Virus record (IMG/VR): IMGVR_UViG_3300049456_000054
Coordinates: 2,053-66,052 of that record
Strand: one strand, 5' to 3'
DNA from: a virus
Lineage: Duplodnaviria; Caudoviricetes
Length of the DNA stretch: 64,000 nt
A program made the position numbers and the translations under genes. Position 1 is the first letter of the stretch. Each line of letters opens with the position of its first letter. The notes under the pieces were generated by a model. That model was not told where the DNA came from, did not search any database, and saw nothing but the letters and a program-made list of their open reading frames with translations. Below are positions 37,632 through 47,939 of this stretch, in pieces.

Positions 37632-39060
37632 GCCCGTTCGCCTCCTCCAGCGCCCGCCGCGCGCTGCCCGGCCTCGGCGTCGGCCTGCTTCCGTTCCCGC
37701 CGTCAGCGGGCGACGTGGACCCGACCGGCAGCCTGGGCATCGTCGCCGGGAGCGGGTCAGCCGTCGCGCCAGGCTGCTGCTGCGGGAGCATGTGCTGCAC
37801 CGGCTGCGAACTCGACGGCGTACCCACCCCGCCGGCCTTCAGCTGGGACAGGTCCATCGCGTCCACCGCGGCGATAGCGCTCTCGTGCGTGTACCCGGCC
37901 TGCACCAGCGCCAGCAGCGCCTGCGCGCGGACGAGGGCCGCCTGGCCGCGTTCCATCTCCCCGTCCTGCAGCGCCGCGATGTCGGACGTGTCGAACCACA
38001 GCCGGTTCCCCGCCGGGACGTCCATGATCCGGCTGAACGCCCCGCAGAACGACCGCCAGTGCGGCCGCGCCCAGATGTTCGCGAACTTCTGCATCGACTC
38101 CTGGAAGCCCCGGCCGGCCCCGCGTAGCGGTTCGAGGCCGGCCAGGACCGCCGGGACCATCGCCGCAGCGAGGATCCGCTCGACCCCGACCGCGGACACG
38201 CCGGAGAAATCCATCTGCGCCAGCGAGTTGCCGATCACGGTCACGTCGGCGCCCTGGTCCAGGACCAGGGTCTTGAACGCGTTGTCGACGCCGCCGTAAC
38301 GGGCGTGCATCCGCTCCCGCACGCTGTCCACCGTCCCGGGCTGCAGCTTCTGCGCGTACCGGATCAGCAGGTTCGGGCTGGCCGAGTTCTCCAGGTACTT
38401 GATCTTGTACCGGGTCAGGCCGTCGTCGCCCTGCACGTCCCGCATCACCGGCGTCAGCCAGGACATGCCCCGGAAGTCCGCGGCCGGGTCGGGCACCGGA
38501 TGCCAGTGGACGACTTCCTCGGCCGGGGCCAGGAACCCGCGGCCGCGGTCCAGGACGCCCTTGGGGGGTTCGTGCCAGTAGCCGACCGGCCGCCGGTACC
38601 AGCCCGGATGTTCAGGATCGCCGCCGTCTACATACACGACCTCGGACACGATCGTCGTCCAGTCGGGCCGCAGCCGGACCAGGCGGTCCTCGCCGGGCGG
38701 ATCCCACGTGTAGGAGTTCCCGGCCATCGAGACGTCCTGCTCGGCGCGGGCCAGCAGGTCACCCGTCGTCGAGTCCGGGCCGAACGGGTGCTCGATCTTG
38801 GCCAGGGACTGATTCCCGAACAGGTGCTTGTCGTCCAGGGCCTGGTATTTCATCGTGGCCTCGGAGAACAGGGCCATCCGGATGAGGATCGCGGAGAACA
38901 CGATCGACGAGCTCGAGTTGGCGTTCTGCGCGAACTGGGCGAGCTGCGGGAGGACGGGCTCGCGGTCGGCGGAGGCGTAGGAGGTGGTGAGGACGGCGGC
39001 GCCGGACGCGACGCCCTCCCAGTAGCCGTCCCGGCGGATCAGCCGGTCAATCAGCCTCAC
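37624..39060 (-). CDS. portal protein
   Basis: GNSY, LRPDW, FRGMSWL, YLENSASP; position after terminase. Confidence 0.9.
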   Translation of the reverse strand: MRLIDRLIRRDGYWEGVASGAAVLTTSYASADREPVLPQLAQFAQNANSSSSIVFSAILIRMALFSEATMKYQALDDKHLFGNQSLAKIEHPFGPDSTTGDLLARAEQDVSMAGNSYTWDPPGEDRLVRLRPDWTTIVSEVVYVDGGDPEHPGWYRRPVGYWHEPPKGVLDRGRGFLAPAEEVVHWHPVPDPAADFRGMSWLTPVMRDVQGDDGLTRYKIKYLENSASPNLLIRYAQKLQPGTVDSVRERMHARYGGVDNAFKTLVLDQGADVTVIGNSLAQMDFSGVSAVGVERILAAAMVPAVLAGLEPLRGAGRGFQESMQKFANIWARPHWRSFCGAFSRIMDVPAGNRLWFDTSDIAALQDGEMERGQAALVRAQALLALVQAGYTHESAIAAVDAMDLSQLKAGGVGTPSSSQPVQHMLPQQQPGATADPLPATMPRLPVGSTSPADGGNGSRPTPRPGSARRALEEANGHV

Positions 39061-39347
39061 GCGTCGACCAGCTCTCCGTTACGGATCCACCCGTGCCACG
39101 GTGCGCGCTGGTCGAGATCGTTGATCGACGGCGTGACCGTCAGGTCGGGCGCCTCACCGGTCACGGTCCACATCAGGCCGCTCCCGTGCGCGGGCACGCA
39201 GGTGTACCAGATCGAGCGATTCGGCAGCACGATCGAATAACAGGCCCCGCCGTGCGCCGCGTCGTGGTCGTGGTCATGCCACATGTCGCCAGGTTCAAGG
39301 CGCCGGCTCGTGTCATCAGGATCGACGATGCGCAGCGGAATGCTCAT
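39057..39347 (-). CDS. hypothetical protein
   Basis: LTVTPSI...WHGWIRNG. Confidence 0.6.
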   Translation of the reverse strand: MSIPLRIVDPDDTSRRLEPGDMWHDHDHDAAHGGACYSIVLPNRSIWYTCVPAHGSGLMWTVTGEAPDLTVTPSINDLDQRAPWHGWIRNGELVDA

Positions 39348-39562
39348 CCGACTCGCCGGGCCCTTTCCAGGACGTTCGCCAGGGTCGGCACCTCACTCAC
39401 CGACGGCTCCCGGCGGCCGCCGTCATCACGCAGCAGCCCCCACGCGCCCACCGCCACGGAGTCCGCGATGACCGCCGCGCCCAGCGCCTGCACCCCGATC
39501 AGCGCCGCACCGCCCAGGATCCCCGCGAGGGACAGCACCAGCAGGACCACGGACAGGCGCAT
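39344..39562 (-). CDS. small membrane protein
   Basis: two hydrophobic segments; GGAGG RBS. Confidence 0.6.
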   Translation of the reverse strand: MRLSVVLLVLSLAGILGGAALIGVQALGAAVIADSVAVGAWGLLRDDGGRREPSVSEVPTLANVLERARRVG

Positions 39563-39584
39563 CGGGTCCTCCTAAGCTGCTGGC

Positions 39585-39869
39585 ATGAGCCGAACTGTGC
39601 TGTTCGCCGGCGGACCGCTGCACGGCCAGACGATGACGGTCGACGGTCACCCGACGCTCATACACGCCCTCGAGCCGCCCACGATTCCCGCCATCGACCT
39701 ATCCGACCCGGCCGGCATCGGGTTCAAGCAGGTGGCCTACCACGTGTCCAGGTTCGCGATGTGCGGGCGCATCATCTGGGTCGGTCACCTCGGCACCGAA
39801 CCGGACGAAGACCTGGCATTCGAGGTGCTGACCAGCGACGGCGCCAAGTCAGCATCCGTTCTGGCCTAG
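39585..39869 (+). CDS. hypothetical protein (leaderless moron)
   Basis: TAAGCT 6 nt before ATG; FAGGPLHG motif. Confidence 0.6.
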   Translation: MSRTVLFAGGPLHGQTMTVDGHPTLIHALEPPTIPAIDLSDPAGIGFKQVAYHVSRFAMCGRIIWVGHLGTEPDEDLAFEVLTSDGAKSASVLA

Positions 39870-40134
39870 ACCTGACGGGCACTGTGTCAGGTCCGGGCCG
39901 CCAGCGCCTCTGTACGGCTGGAAGCCCGGCGGTTCCCCCTGGCCGGCCGGGGCCGCACCCGCACCCCGGCGGGCCGCGCCACATGCGGTCACATCCCGGC
40001 AAGAGTCACAGGCCATCGCGGGCCAGGCGCCGCCGGGCTTCCCTCCGGTAGTCTGTTCGGTACGGCCAGCCCAGTCCAGCCCGGTCCTTAACGTGCCCCG
40101 CCACTCCGCTGCTTGCCTGACCTCACCTAACGCA

Positions 40135-40641
40135 TCAAACGGCCCAGACATTCGGGCTGGCCAATTCCTCCCACCGGAGATAGGCCCACACGGCTCCCGT
40201 GGCGGCGACGAGCGGGCTTTGGTCAACGGCCACTTTCGGGTCCCATGCGGCGGCGCCTGCGAGCGGCCTCTGCTGCGCCGCCCGCACCGCCGCCGTCAGC
40301 GGCGGCTGATCCAGGTGCTCAAGGCCGCCGTCATTGACCAGATCCAAAAATTCGCCGTGGGCAACGGCCACATCCTGTGCTGTCACCTGCAGCACCAGCA
40401 CCCCCGCCTCGGCCAGCGGCTTCACCAGCGTCCCGCTCTGCGACTTCGGGTTCACCACCACCGCCACCGGGTCATGCTTCTCGTACAACGCAGCCATCCG
40501 GGCCACCAGCAGCCGCGGGTGATCGTAGAACGGGGCCAGGTCCACCAGGATCCGCCCCGACCCGCTGCGGCCGGCCGCCACGATCGAGCCGTGCTTGCGG
40601 TCCTCGCTGATGGCGCACCCGAACGCGACGGGGCCGCTCAC
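40135..40641 (-). CDS. terminase large subunit, C-terminal (nuclease-side) part
   Basis: GTG overlaps the ATPase ORF stop; HLDQPPL...SPLVAATGA. Confidence 0.7.
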   Translation of the reverse strand: MSGPVAFGCAISEDRKHGSIVAAGRSGSGRILVDLAPFYDHPRLLVARMAALYEKHDPVAVVVNPKSQSGTLVKPLAEAGVLVLQVTAQDVAVAHGEFLDLVNDGGLEHLDQPPLTAAVRAAQQRPLAGAAAWDPKVAVDQSPLVAATGAVWAYLRWEELASPNVWAV

Positions 40642-41573
40642 AGCTGTCCCTGCGGCACCGTGGCCGCACCCCACGTGTCCTCGCCGATGATGTCCCAGCC
40701 GGGTTTAGCCACATCTGGCCATTGGCAGCCGTACGCACGGCGGAACTCGGGAAGCTCCATGAGCTCGTAGTCGGTCCGCACCGTCTCCTCGGACACCGTG
40801 ATCCCCAGCGCGGGCATCCGCCGCCGCCACGTCACCGGGTCACCCGGATCCTCATCGTCGGCGAACGAGTAGCCGATGTAGCAGCCGCCCTCCGTCACGC
40901 CCATCTCCGCCCGGGCCCGCCCGTCATCCACCTTCCCGCGGAAGTACGCCGACTTCTCATCGCCCGCCGCGGACACGATCCACAGCTGCGCATCGCGGGT
41001 CATCATCGCCGGGCGCATCGCCTGCTCCAGGTGGTCATCATGCTGCGCCCACGCCTCGTCTATGACGCCCAGGTCCAGGTTGTCGCCGTGGCCGCTGGTC
41101 TGCGTCCCGGACACCAGGCCCAGCATCGACCCGTTCCTGAACATCAGCGCCTCAGACCCCGACCCGCGGCGCACGTCGATGAACGGCGCTAGCTTGCTCA
41201 TCGCGATCCGCGGCCACCACACGTCCAGCAGGCGGTGCCGGGCGTCCAGCCGGGTCTGCGCCGTATAGCTGATCTGCGTCCCCGGCCTGCGCAGGCCCCG
41301 GGCGATCATCATCGCCAGCAGATCCACGGACTTGCCCTGCTGCCGCATGACCTCGATCACGACCTGCCGGTACGCGAACCGGCCCTCCGGGGTGAGCTCG
41401 GTAGTGACCGCGTTCGCCTCGTGCTGCCACGGCATCAGGCCCGGGCCCAGCGACGTGCGGAACCCCAGCAGCTCCGCCGTCTTCCCGATCCCCTCCGCCA
41501 GGTTCGGCCGGCCCGTGGCCGGGGTCGCGAACCTAGGCCTGCAAGGCGCCGAACAGTCCCGTGAGGTCGGCAT
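40638..41573 (-). CDS. terminase large subunit, ATPase part
   Basis: LMPWQ, MRQQGKS Walker A, GVIDEAW Walker B, SAAG, MPALG. Confidence 0.88.
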   Translation of the reverse strand: MPTSRDCSAPCRPRFATPATGRPNLAEGIGKTAELLGFRTSLGPGLMPWQHEANAVTTELTPEGRFAYRQVVIEVMRQQGKSVDLLAMMIARGLRRPGTQISYTAQTRLDARHRLLDVWWPRIAMSKLAPFIDVRRGSGSEALMFRNGSMLGLVSGTQTSGHGDNLDLGVIDEAWAQHDDHLEQAMRPAMMTRDAQLWIVSAAGDEKSAYFRGKVDDGRARAEMGVTEGGCYIGYSFADDEDPGDPVTWRRRMPALGITVSEETVRTDYELMELPEFRRAYGCQWPDVAKPGWDIIGEDTWGAATVPQGQL

Positions 41574-41886
41574 CGGCTTGCGGCTTGCCCTTCGGCATCA
41601 GCTCGAGCAGCGTCTTGCGCAGCTCCGCGCCCAGGATCGCGTTCGCCGGGTCACCGCGGTGCGCCTCGGCCATCCGGTAGGCCAGCTGGCGCATCTCGGC
41701 CGGGGCGTCGGTCACCTCGTCGTCGTGCTCCGGGAGATCAGGGACCCGGCGCGGCGGCGGCATCGTCACCGCGGGCCCGGACGACGCGGCACCACTGCGG
41801 ACGGCCGGGCAGCGGCGGCACAGCGAATGGTCGCCCTGCACGTGGGCTTTCCGGCGACGCTGCCGCAGGGCGTCACTGTCAGCCAC
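41533..41886 (-). CDS. probable terminase small subunit
   Basis: directly upstream of the large subunit; AELRKTLLEL helix. Confidence 0.6.
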   Translation of the reverse strand: MADSDALRQRRRKAHVQGDHSLCRRCPAVRSGAASSGPAVTMPPPRRVPDLPEHDDEVTDAPAEMRQLAYRMAEAHRGDPANAILGAELRKTLLELMPKGKPQADADLTGLFGALQA

Positions 41887-42123
41887 TGGCCCTCCCGGTC
41901 ACGTGAGCGGTTACCCTCGGTTATATGAAGTCCGGCTGCGGAGACGTAGCCAGGAATCTCCTTCGAACGGCGATTCGATTACTGGCTCTGACCTGCGCCT
42001 CACTGACCACAATCCAGGGTGGTGGCTGGCGTGCGCACGGGTGGTCAGGCCGGTCACCGCTGACCGTGGTCACTGCCTGTCACTACAGCGCTGTCTGCTC
42101 ACCGTCATCCGCGCTACCTGCGC

Positions 42124-42450
42124 TCACCACCGTCGTGCCTGCTGCCACATCCGCGCCCGTCCGCGCATCCTGTTGCCCCTGGTCGCGCCCTCCGCCCGGT
42201 TGTGGCGGCGGCAGCTGAGGCCGGGCAGGTAGCCCGAACGGTCGGCGGTGTGGGGCAGGTCGAGGTACCGGCGGGCCAGCTGCAGCGGCCACCACAGGAG
42301 GGGCTCGCCGCCGTGGGCGCACAGGTCCCCGGGCCGGTAGAGCAGCAGCCGCCGTTCCCGTTCGGCCCGGTGTGGTGAGCCGTAGCCACGTTCGGCGGTG
42401 CTGCCCCTGCGTGCCCACCGCTGCATGTCCCGCCGGGTGCGCGCCGCCAT
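42124..42450 (-). CDS. terminase-adjacent HNH-like protein (divergent)
   Basis: RGYGSPH...C...DLPH...CRRHNRAEGA. Confidence 0.55.
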   Translation of the reverse strand: MAARTRRDMQRWARRGSTAERGYGSPHRAERERRLLLYRPGDLCAHGGEPLLWWPLQLARRYLDLPHTADRSGYLPGLSCRRHNRAEGATRGNRMRGRARMWQQARRW

Positions 42451-42453
42451 GGG

Positions 42454-44518
42454 TCAGAGCGAGCAGATCCGGGCGGGCAGCAGCGTCGGGTCCCATGCCG
42501 CGTTCTCCCGCCAGTGTGCGCAGCAGGACACGCACAGCGGGACCTCATCACCGGTCATGGTCACCCACCTGTAGGCCGACGGGACGTAGCGCGGCCTGTC
42601 GTCACCAGCGCGGATGATGTGCAGGCAGCAGTCGCACCATGGCCCGGCGTCGGGATGCAGCGGCCATGGCGGCGGCTTCAGGAACTCCTGTCGCAGGTAC
42701 TCCAGCGTCAGCCCCATGGTCAGTCGGGCCATTCGCCGATGTAGCCGCGGACGCGGGGCACGTACTCGCCGATGCGGTAGATGACGGTTCGGTTGACGCC
42801 TTCGATCTTCAGGACCGCGCCTTCCCAGAAGGGAGTGCCGTTCCTGTCTTCCGCCGGCGGGCCGAGGCTGACGCCGGGTGCGGGGTTGATGAAGGCCTCG
42901 GCCAGCAGTTCGGCACTGATCAGGACGCGCGGGTCGGCGTGGTCGATGCGGACGCCCGTCGCTCTCCCGACCGCGCCCTCATCGTCGTACAGCGAGGTCA
43001 TGATGCAGTCGCCGGTCGGCAGGTCGCCTGGTGGCGGCCTGCCGTCCGTGACGGCGAGTTCAGCCATGGGTCAGTGCCTCGATCGGAAGGTCATCCAGGC
43101 TGCGAAGTACCCCAGGGCCCAGCCGGCTAGGCCGGAAATCGCACCTGCGAGGCAGATCATCGGGCAGTCATGGTCAGCGGGTGACGACGCGGCCGGGGTG
43201 GTCCTGCGCCTCGGCCATGGCCTCGCGGATCCGGTCCTCACCGGACGGCGACACTGGGACGTCGCCGCCGATCGCGTGCCTGTGCCCGTACCAGTCTTCG
43301 CGTGCCCTGCTGGCCTTCTCGAACGCAGCCAGGGCATCGAGCATGTACTGGGCCAGGATGAAGTCCGGCGTATCCGACCGGTTCTCGGCGGAGTGCCTGT
43401 TCAGGACGCTTCCCAGATCCTGCGCGAGCGGTGAGGACTCGGCCATGGTCAGGACTTGGATGACTGGGCTGCCGCGTCGGCCTTGTCCCGGTCGGCCTTG
43501 GCGGCGTCGTCGGCGGCGGCCTGGCGGGCGTCGGTGGCGAGCGCGCCCAGGTCCTGGACGACCTTCAGCAGCGTGTTGACGGCCGCCTGGTCGACGGGGC
43601 CGCCGGTGGCGACGGCGGTGTTGAGGTCGCCGATCGCGGCGTGGGCGGGCTTCAGCGCGGCGGTGATGCGGTCGGCGAGGTCAGCGGAGGTCACGGCGGA
43701 TACCTTTCCGTAGGTGCCGGTGGACAGTGCGGCCATGGTCAGCGGGCGCGGTAGTAGCCGGAGCGGCGCCAGCCCCACGCCACCTCGGCGCAGACCAGGG
43801 CCAGGCCGATGAGCAGCAGCCAGGTGATCCAGTCGCCGTGCTTGTCGACGAGCTTGAGGATGATGCCGACGGCGGCGAGGACGAACCCGAGGACGGCGAG
43901 CATGGCTAAGGCTCCTGACTCGCAGTGGGCGGTGCGGGGGATCGTGTAGCGCGCCATGGTCAGAACAGCGGGGTCTCGGCCATGGCGGCGGTCTTGACGT
44001 GGACGAGGTCCCAGCCGCCGCCCGCCGCGACTTCCGCCTCGGCCATGGTGTCGTCTACCCGGTCCCAGCCGTGGTCGGTGAGCCGGTACCAGCCGGGTTC
44101 ACGCAGCGGCTCAGCCATGGTCAGCCCACACTGACGGTGCCGACTTTGCCGTTGAGTACGCCCGCTGGCGGTATCCCGTCGGGCCACACGAGCCGGAATG
44201 ATTGCCCTGTGCCGCATTCGGAACACCGCTTCACCTTCGGCGTTGGCCCATGACCCTCGCAGTAAGCCGACTCGATGACGCTGTTGCCGTGCCAGCCCAG
44301 GAGCAGCCGGTGCCGGGGCTGGTTACAGCCCGGCAGGGCACAGTCTGCGGTCGCGTCTGGGAGGTCCTCGCTCATGGTCACGGCACCGGCGGGCCGGGGA
44401 TGCGGATCTCGGCGGTGACGGTGCCGTCCCCGTGCTCGGTCAGCTCGGCCACCGCGCCATCGACGGGCACCAGTGCGCCGTCCGGGGTGATGCCCGTAGC
44501 GCAGACGGTGATGTCCAT
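42454..44518 (-). other. array of about nine small genes joined by TGACC(C)ATG
   Basis: ORFs 44518-44378, 44375-44121, 44118-43960, 43957-43739, 43736-43449, 43446-43174, 43160-43071, 43067-42720, 42717-42454. Confidence 0.7.
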
Positions 44519-44618
44519 GGTGACCTCCGGTATGCGTCAGGCCCGGCACCGCGATGGGGGAGCGTGCCGGGCCTGATATGGCGCGTGCCCGGGGGGCTGG
44601 GCATGGGGTGCCAGGGCC

Positions 44619-44647
44619 AGTATCGGCCCGAAACCATCTCATTGCAA
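44619..44647 (-). promoter_or_regulatory. candidate late-operon promoter
   Basis: TTGCAA-17 nt-GATACT followed by a leader with a 13-bp hairpin (44537-44576). Confidence 0.4.
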
Positions 44648-44670
44648 ATACCCGCGCCCGGAGACGGCCG

Positions 44671-44919
44671 TCAGATACCTCCCGATGGCGGCTCCTGCAC
44701 TGTCAGCCACGGGGCCAAGGCTGAGTGCAGGCGCTGCAATTCGCCGATCTCATACAAGACCCGGCCGCGGCCGCCTTTCTCCCCGGACGGCATCTCCCCG
44801 GCGCGCGGGAGCCGGGCGACGCGGGTGACGGCTATCCGGAACCGGGCCGGGTCGACGGGCACGCCGGCCCGCTCGAACTCGGCGACCGCCTCCGCGATGG
44901 TCCAGCCAGGGGCGGTCAC
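44671..44919 (-). CDS. possible DNA-binding protein
   Basis: WTIAEA...GRVLYEIGELQRLH. Confidence 0.45.
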   Translation of the reverse strand: MTAPGWTIAEAVAEFERAGVPVDPARFRIAVTRVARLPRAGEMPSGEKGGRGRVLYEIGELQRLHSALAPWLTVQEPPSGGI

Positions 44920-45825
44920 GGCAGCCCTCTGCGCTTCCGGCAGCAGCGGCTACCGCAGTCGATCAGGTCCGGGTCATAATGCGACGGGATGAAATCCGAT
45001 GTGGCCCATAGCTCGGCGACAGCGCCGGGATGAACGCCGGCCGCCTCTTCCATCTCGGCGATCTTCAGCGGCGGCAGCGGGCGATCATGGATGTCACAGC
45101 GGGTCAGCCGGTCCAGGAGCTTCACCCGGCGTCCCGTTCGGCGAGGAGGGCGCGGAGCTGCCCGGCGGTCATCTCCTCCGCGTGCACCGCGTCCACGGCG
45201 TGCGGCCACGCTATCCACACCCCGAAGTCGGCGTGCCGCCACTCCTCCAGCACCTTCCCGGGGACCGCCGCGACGGCGAGCATGGTGGCGTCGCCCAGAT
45301 CGTCCAGCGGCGGCGGCGCGGCGACCTTGCGGGCCAGCTCCATGGCGGCCTCATGCGGGTCCGGTGGCGGCTCGCTGGCCATCTCCAGGTGCGGCTCGCC
45401 GCCATCATCGCGGACGCTGAGGGGAATGCCGAACAGCGTGTCCGCGGGATCCGGCGTCATCATGTCCGGGTCGGTGTGCACGTCACGGCCGATCTCGGAT
45501 GCGGCCCGGACCCGCCTGTACCAGGAGAGGTCCATGACCCAGCGGGCGCCGCCGGGCTGCCGCGCCCAGCCACCTGCGGCGCCATACACCCGCATGCACA
45601 GGTCAATCACGGATCCGGGGGACGACGCGGCGGCCGCCCCGGGACAGGCAGGTTTCGGCGCGGTGGCGGCTGGTGCTGCGGGTGTGCGGGCCGAGGGCGA
45701 CGAACTTCCGGTCGGCGTGGTCCGGTTCGGGTCCGACGGCACGCCCGGAGACGGTGCGGCCGCACTCCGGGCAGACTCCTTTCGCCCGGGGAACACCCTG
45801 GTTAGCCACCGCCGCGTCATCCGGC

Positions 45826-46053
45826 CTACCGGGGGGCGCGGCCGGACTTGAGGCGGACGGTGAACGCCCGCCACGCCGCCGGGGTGAGCTCCAGCCGGCC
45901 GCCGACCGGGTCCTGGCTGTCCCGCACGCCGATCACGCCGCCGCCATAGCCGGCCTCCACGCAGCTGCCGTTGTAGGCGCTGGCCGTGCTCTTGCGCCAC
46001 GACGCCGCCTCCACGCAGTCGCTGGCCCCGCTGCGGCTCGACTTGCGCCACAT
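45826..46053 (-). CDS. DUF397 protein
   Basis: duplicated WRKS...CVE, VRDSQDP, AWRAF. Confidence 0.85.
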   Translation of the reverse strand: MWRKSSRSGASDCVEAASWRKSTASAYNGSCVEAGYGGGVIGVRDSQDPVGGRLELTPAAWRAFTVRLKSGRAPR

Positions 46054-46195
46054 GGCTAGCTGACCGCGCCCGGCTGGATCGCGGCGAGCATGCGGACGTA
46101 CGCGGGCTCGGTGTTGCGGGCCTCGCCGGCTAGCGCCCCCATGGCACTGTTATGGCTGTTGCCGTTCGCGAAGCTGTTGCCGTTGCTGAACATGA

Positions 46196-46849
46196 TCACT
46201 CCTCCAGATCTGGTGCTGTCTCTACCAGGCCATCCGCCCACATGAGCGCGGGATGGCCGTGCGCGTCGGTGCCCATCATCGCAGCCGGCCGCAGCCCGTT
46301 CCGGTCGGCGCACCAGACCTCGACGCCATCGCGGGTGACAGGGGCGGCGTGACATTCGACGTGCCCCGACGGGCGGCCAGCGGCGTCCAGCAGCACCTTC
46401 AGCGCCCAGCAGCCGCAGTACGGGCACGCGCGGCCCCGCACGTACCGCCAGCGCTGCGCCTCGTCGATCGCCGGGACGGCCCGCGCCAGGTCCACCAGCC
46501 ACTCCAGGATCCGCGCCGCCACCGCCTCCGCGTCCTCGTCCAGCCCTGCGGCCAGCCCGGGGACGGCGGCCAGCGCGTCGAGGAAGTTCCCGGCCGAACC
46601 GCCGCGGCGGGGTCCGGGACGGCCGGTGACGGCCAGGCGGAGGGCGGCTTCGAGGCGGGGGACCTTCTCCCAGATGACCATCAACGCGGCGAACGCCTGC
46701 GCGTCGCCTGGGAACGGGGGGTCGGCCGGGCGGGGGCCCATGCCGCCCTGCGGGGAGGACGCCTGCGTGACGTGGCGTTCCAGGGCGGCACGGTACCCGG
46801 CGAGCTGGGTGCAGCTGTCCCGCACGAGATCCGCCGGAGTGGTCATCAA
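46196..46849 (-). CDS. hypothetical protein with Zn ribbon
   Basis: RACPYC...VEC. Confidence 0.55.
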   Translation of the reverse strand: MMTTPADLVRDSCTQLAGYRAALERHVTQASSPQGGMGPRPADPPFPGDAQAFAALMVIWEKVPRLEAALRLAVTGRPGPRRGGSAGNFLDALAAVPGLAAGLDEDAEAVAARILEWLVDLARAVPAIDEAQRWRYVRGRACPYCGCWALKVLLDAAGRPSGHVECHAAPVTRDGVEVWCADRNGLRPAAMMGTDAHGHPALMWADGLVETAPDLEE

Positions 46850-47081
46850 GCGTCGCCCATGCTGGTCACCCGCCCGTATCTGCCGCCATCAAGAGTTATA
46901 CGGAGTCTAAGCGCGGTGCCGGGCCATTCGCGGCTCGCCCGGTCACCGCTCGATGGTTGCGGGGAAGCAGGGTCCGGTTACGGTCTCCGGCACCGGCCAG
47001 CACAAGTCCGCCGCGAGCGGGGGCTGATCTACCCATCCCTGAGCGCTTCCCCTAGTGGGAGTTTTATCGCATTACCGCAGG

Positions 47082-47939
47082 TCAGGATAAGGGACAGTCG
47101 TAATGCCCGGGGGTGATCTGGTTCGGTGCGCCGGTGCAGCCGATGATCCGGGCCACCTGGTTCGGCGCGTCGTTCTCCGGATAGGCCAGCAGCCACGCAC
47201 CCGGGACATGCGACCCGCCGGGCACGTCCAGGACGAACGGGTGATTGAACAGGTTGCCGGACAGGGCGTTGTTGGCGAACACGAAGCCGGAGCCGACCGG
47301 CCCGAACGGGCTCCACGTCTGCCAGAAGTTCGGGGAGGTCACCACACCGGTCGTGCCCGCGTCAGCACCGCCGTCAGGGATGCCGGCGTAGAAGGTCGCG
47401 CCGCCGGTGTCGCAGGTGCGGGCCACGGTCCGCCACCGGAGCGCGTGGTGGTGGTGCACGACCGGGCCGTTGGCGACGGCCTCGACGGACAGGCACAGGT
47501 TGCCGGCCGTGTTGATGGCGGTGCCCAGGTGATGGCCTAGCGGGGTGATCTCCGCGACGAACTCGGCTTGCCCGTCCGGGTCCATCGTCGGCGTGCCGGT
47601 GCCGCACGGGCTGGCCACGGTGCGGGTACCGCCGACGCTGTTGCACCGCTGGTAGACGGTGAAGTCCTGGTCGGAGCGGGCCGGGTCGTAGATCGCGGTC
47701 GTGACGTGGCTGTTCCACTGCGGGTTGGTGGCGGTCAGGGTGAGGCTGGTGCCGTTGGGCTGGATGCCGGAGCCGAGGCCGGAGAAGTACAGGCCGCCGC
47801 AGCCGATCGGCTGGGCGATGGGGGTGGCGATGTTGAGGCACGTGCCGGTGGTCGCGTGTGCGGTGCCTGTGGCGGCGGCCGTGACCGCGCCTGCCGTGAG
47901 GATGGCGCCCGCCGCGAGCGCCGCTATCCGTCTGAGCAT
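47082..47939 (-). CDS. secreted protein, possibly ricin-B lectin-like
   Basis: signal peptide ending AHA; NLCLSV, WQTW, LDVPGG...NQ. Confidence 0.55.
   Translation of the reverse strand: MLRRIAALAAGAILTAGAVTAAATGTAHATTGTCLNIATPIAQPIGCGGLYFSGLGSGIQPNGTSLTLTATNPQWNSHVTTAIYDPARSDQDFTVYQRCNSVGGTRTVASPCGTGTPTMDPDGQAEFVAEITPLGHHLGTAINTAGNLCLSVEAVANGPVVHHHHALRWRTVARTCDTGGATFYAGIPDGGADAGTTGVVTSPNFWQTWSPFGPVGSGFVFANNALSGNLFNHPFVLDVPGGSHVPGAWLLAYPENDAPNQVARIIGCTGAPNQITPGHYDCPLS

Noticed and set aside
40600-40700. Intron or intein in the terminase
   Set aside because: The two ORFs overlap directly with no intervening sequence or splicing motifs
41890-42120. cos/pac site upstream of the small terminase
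   Set aside because: Plausible by position but no specific end sequence can be identified by eye
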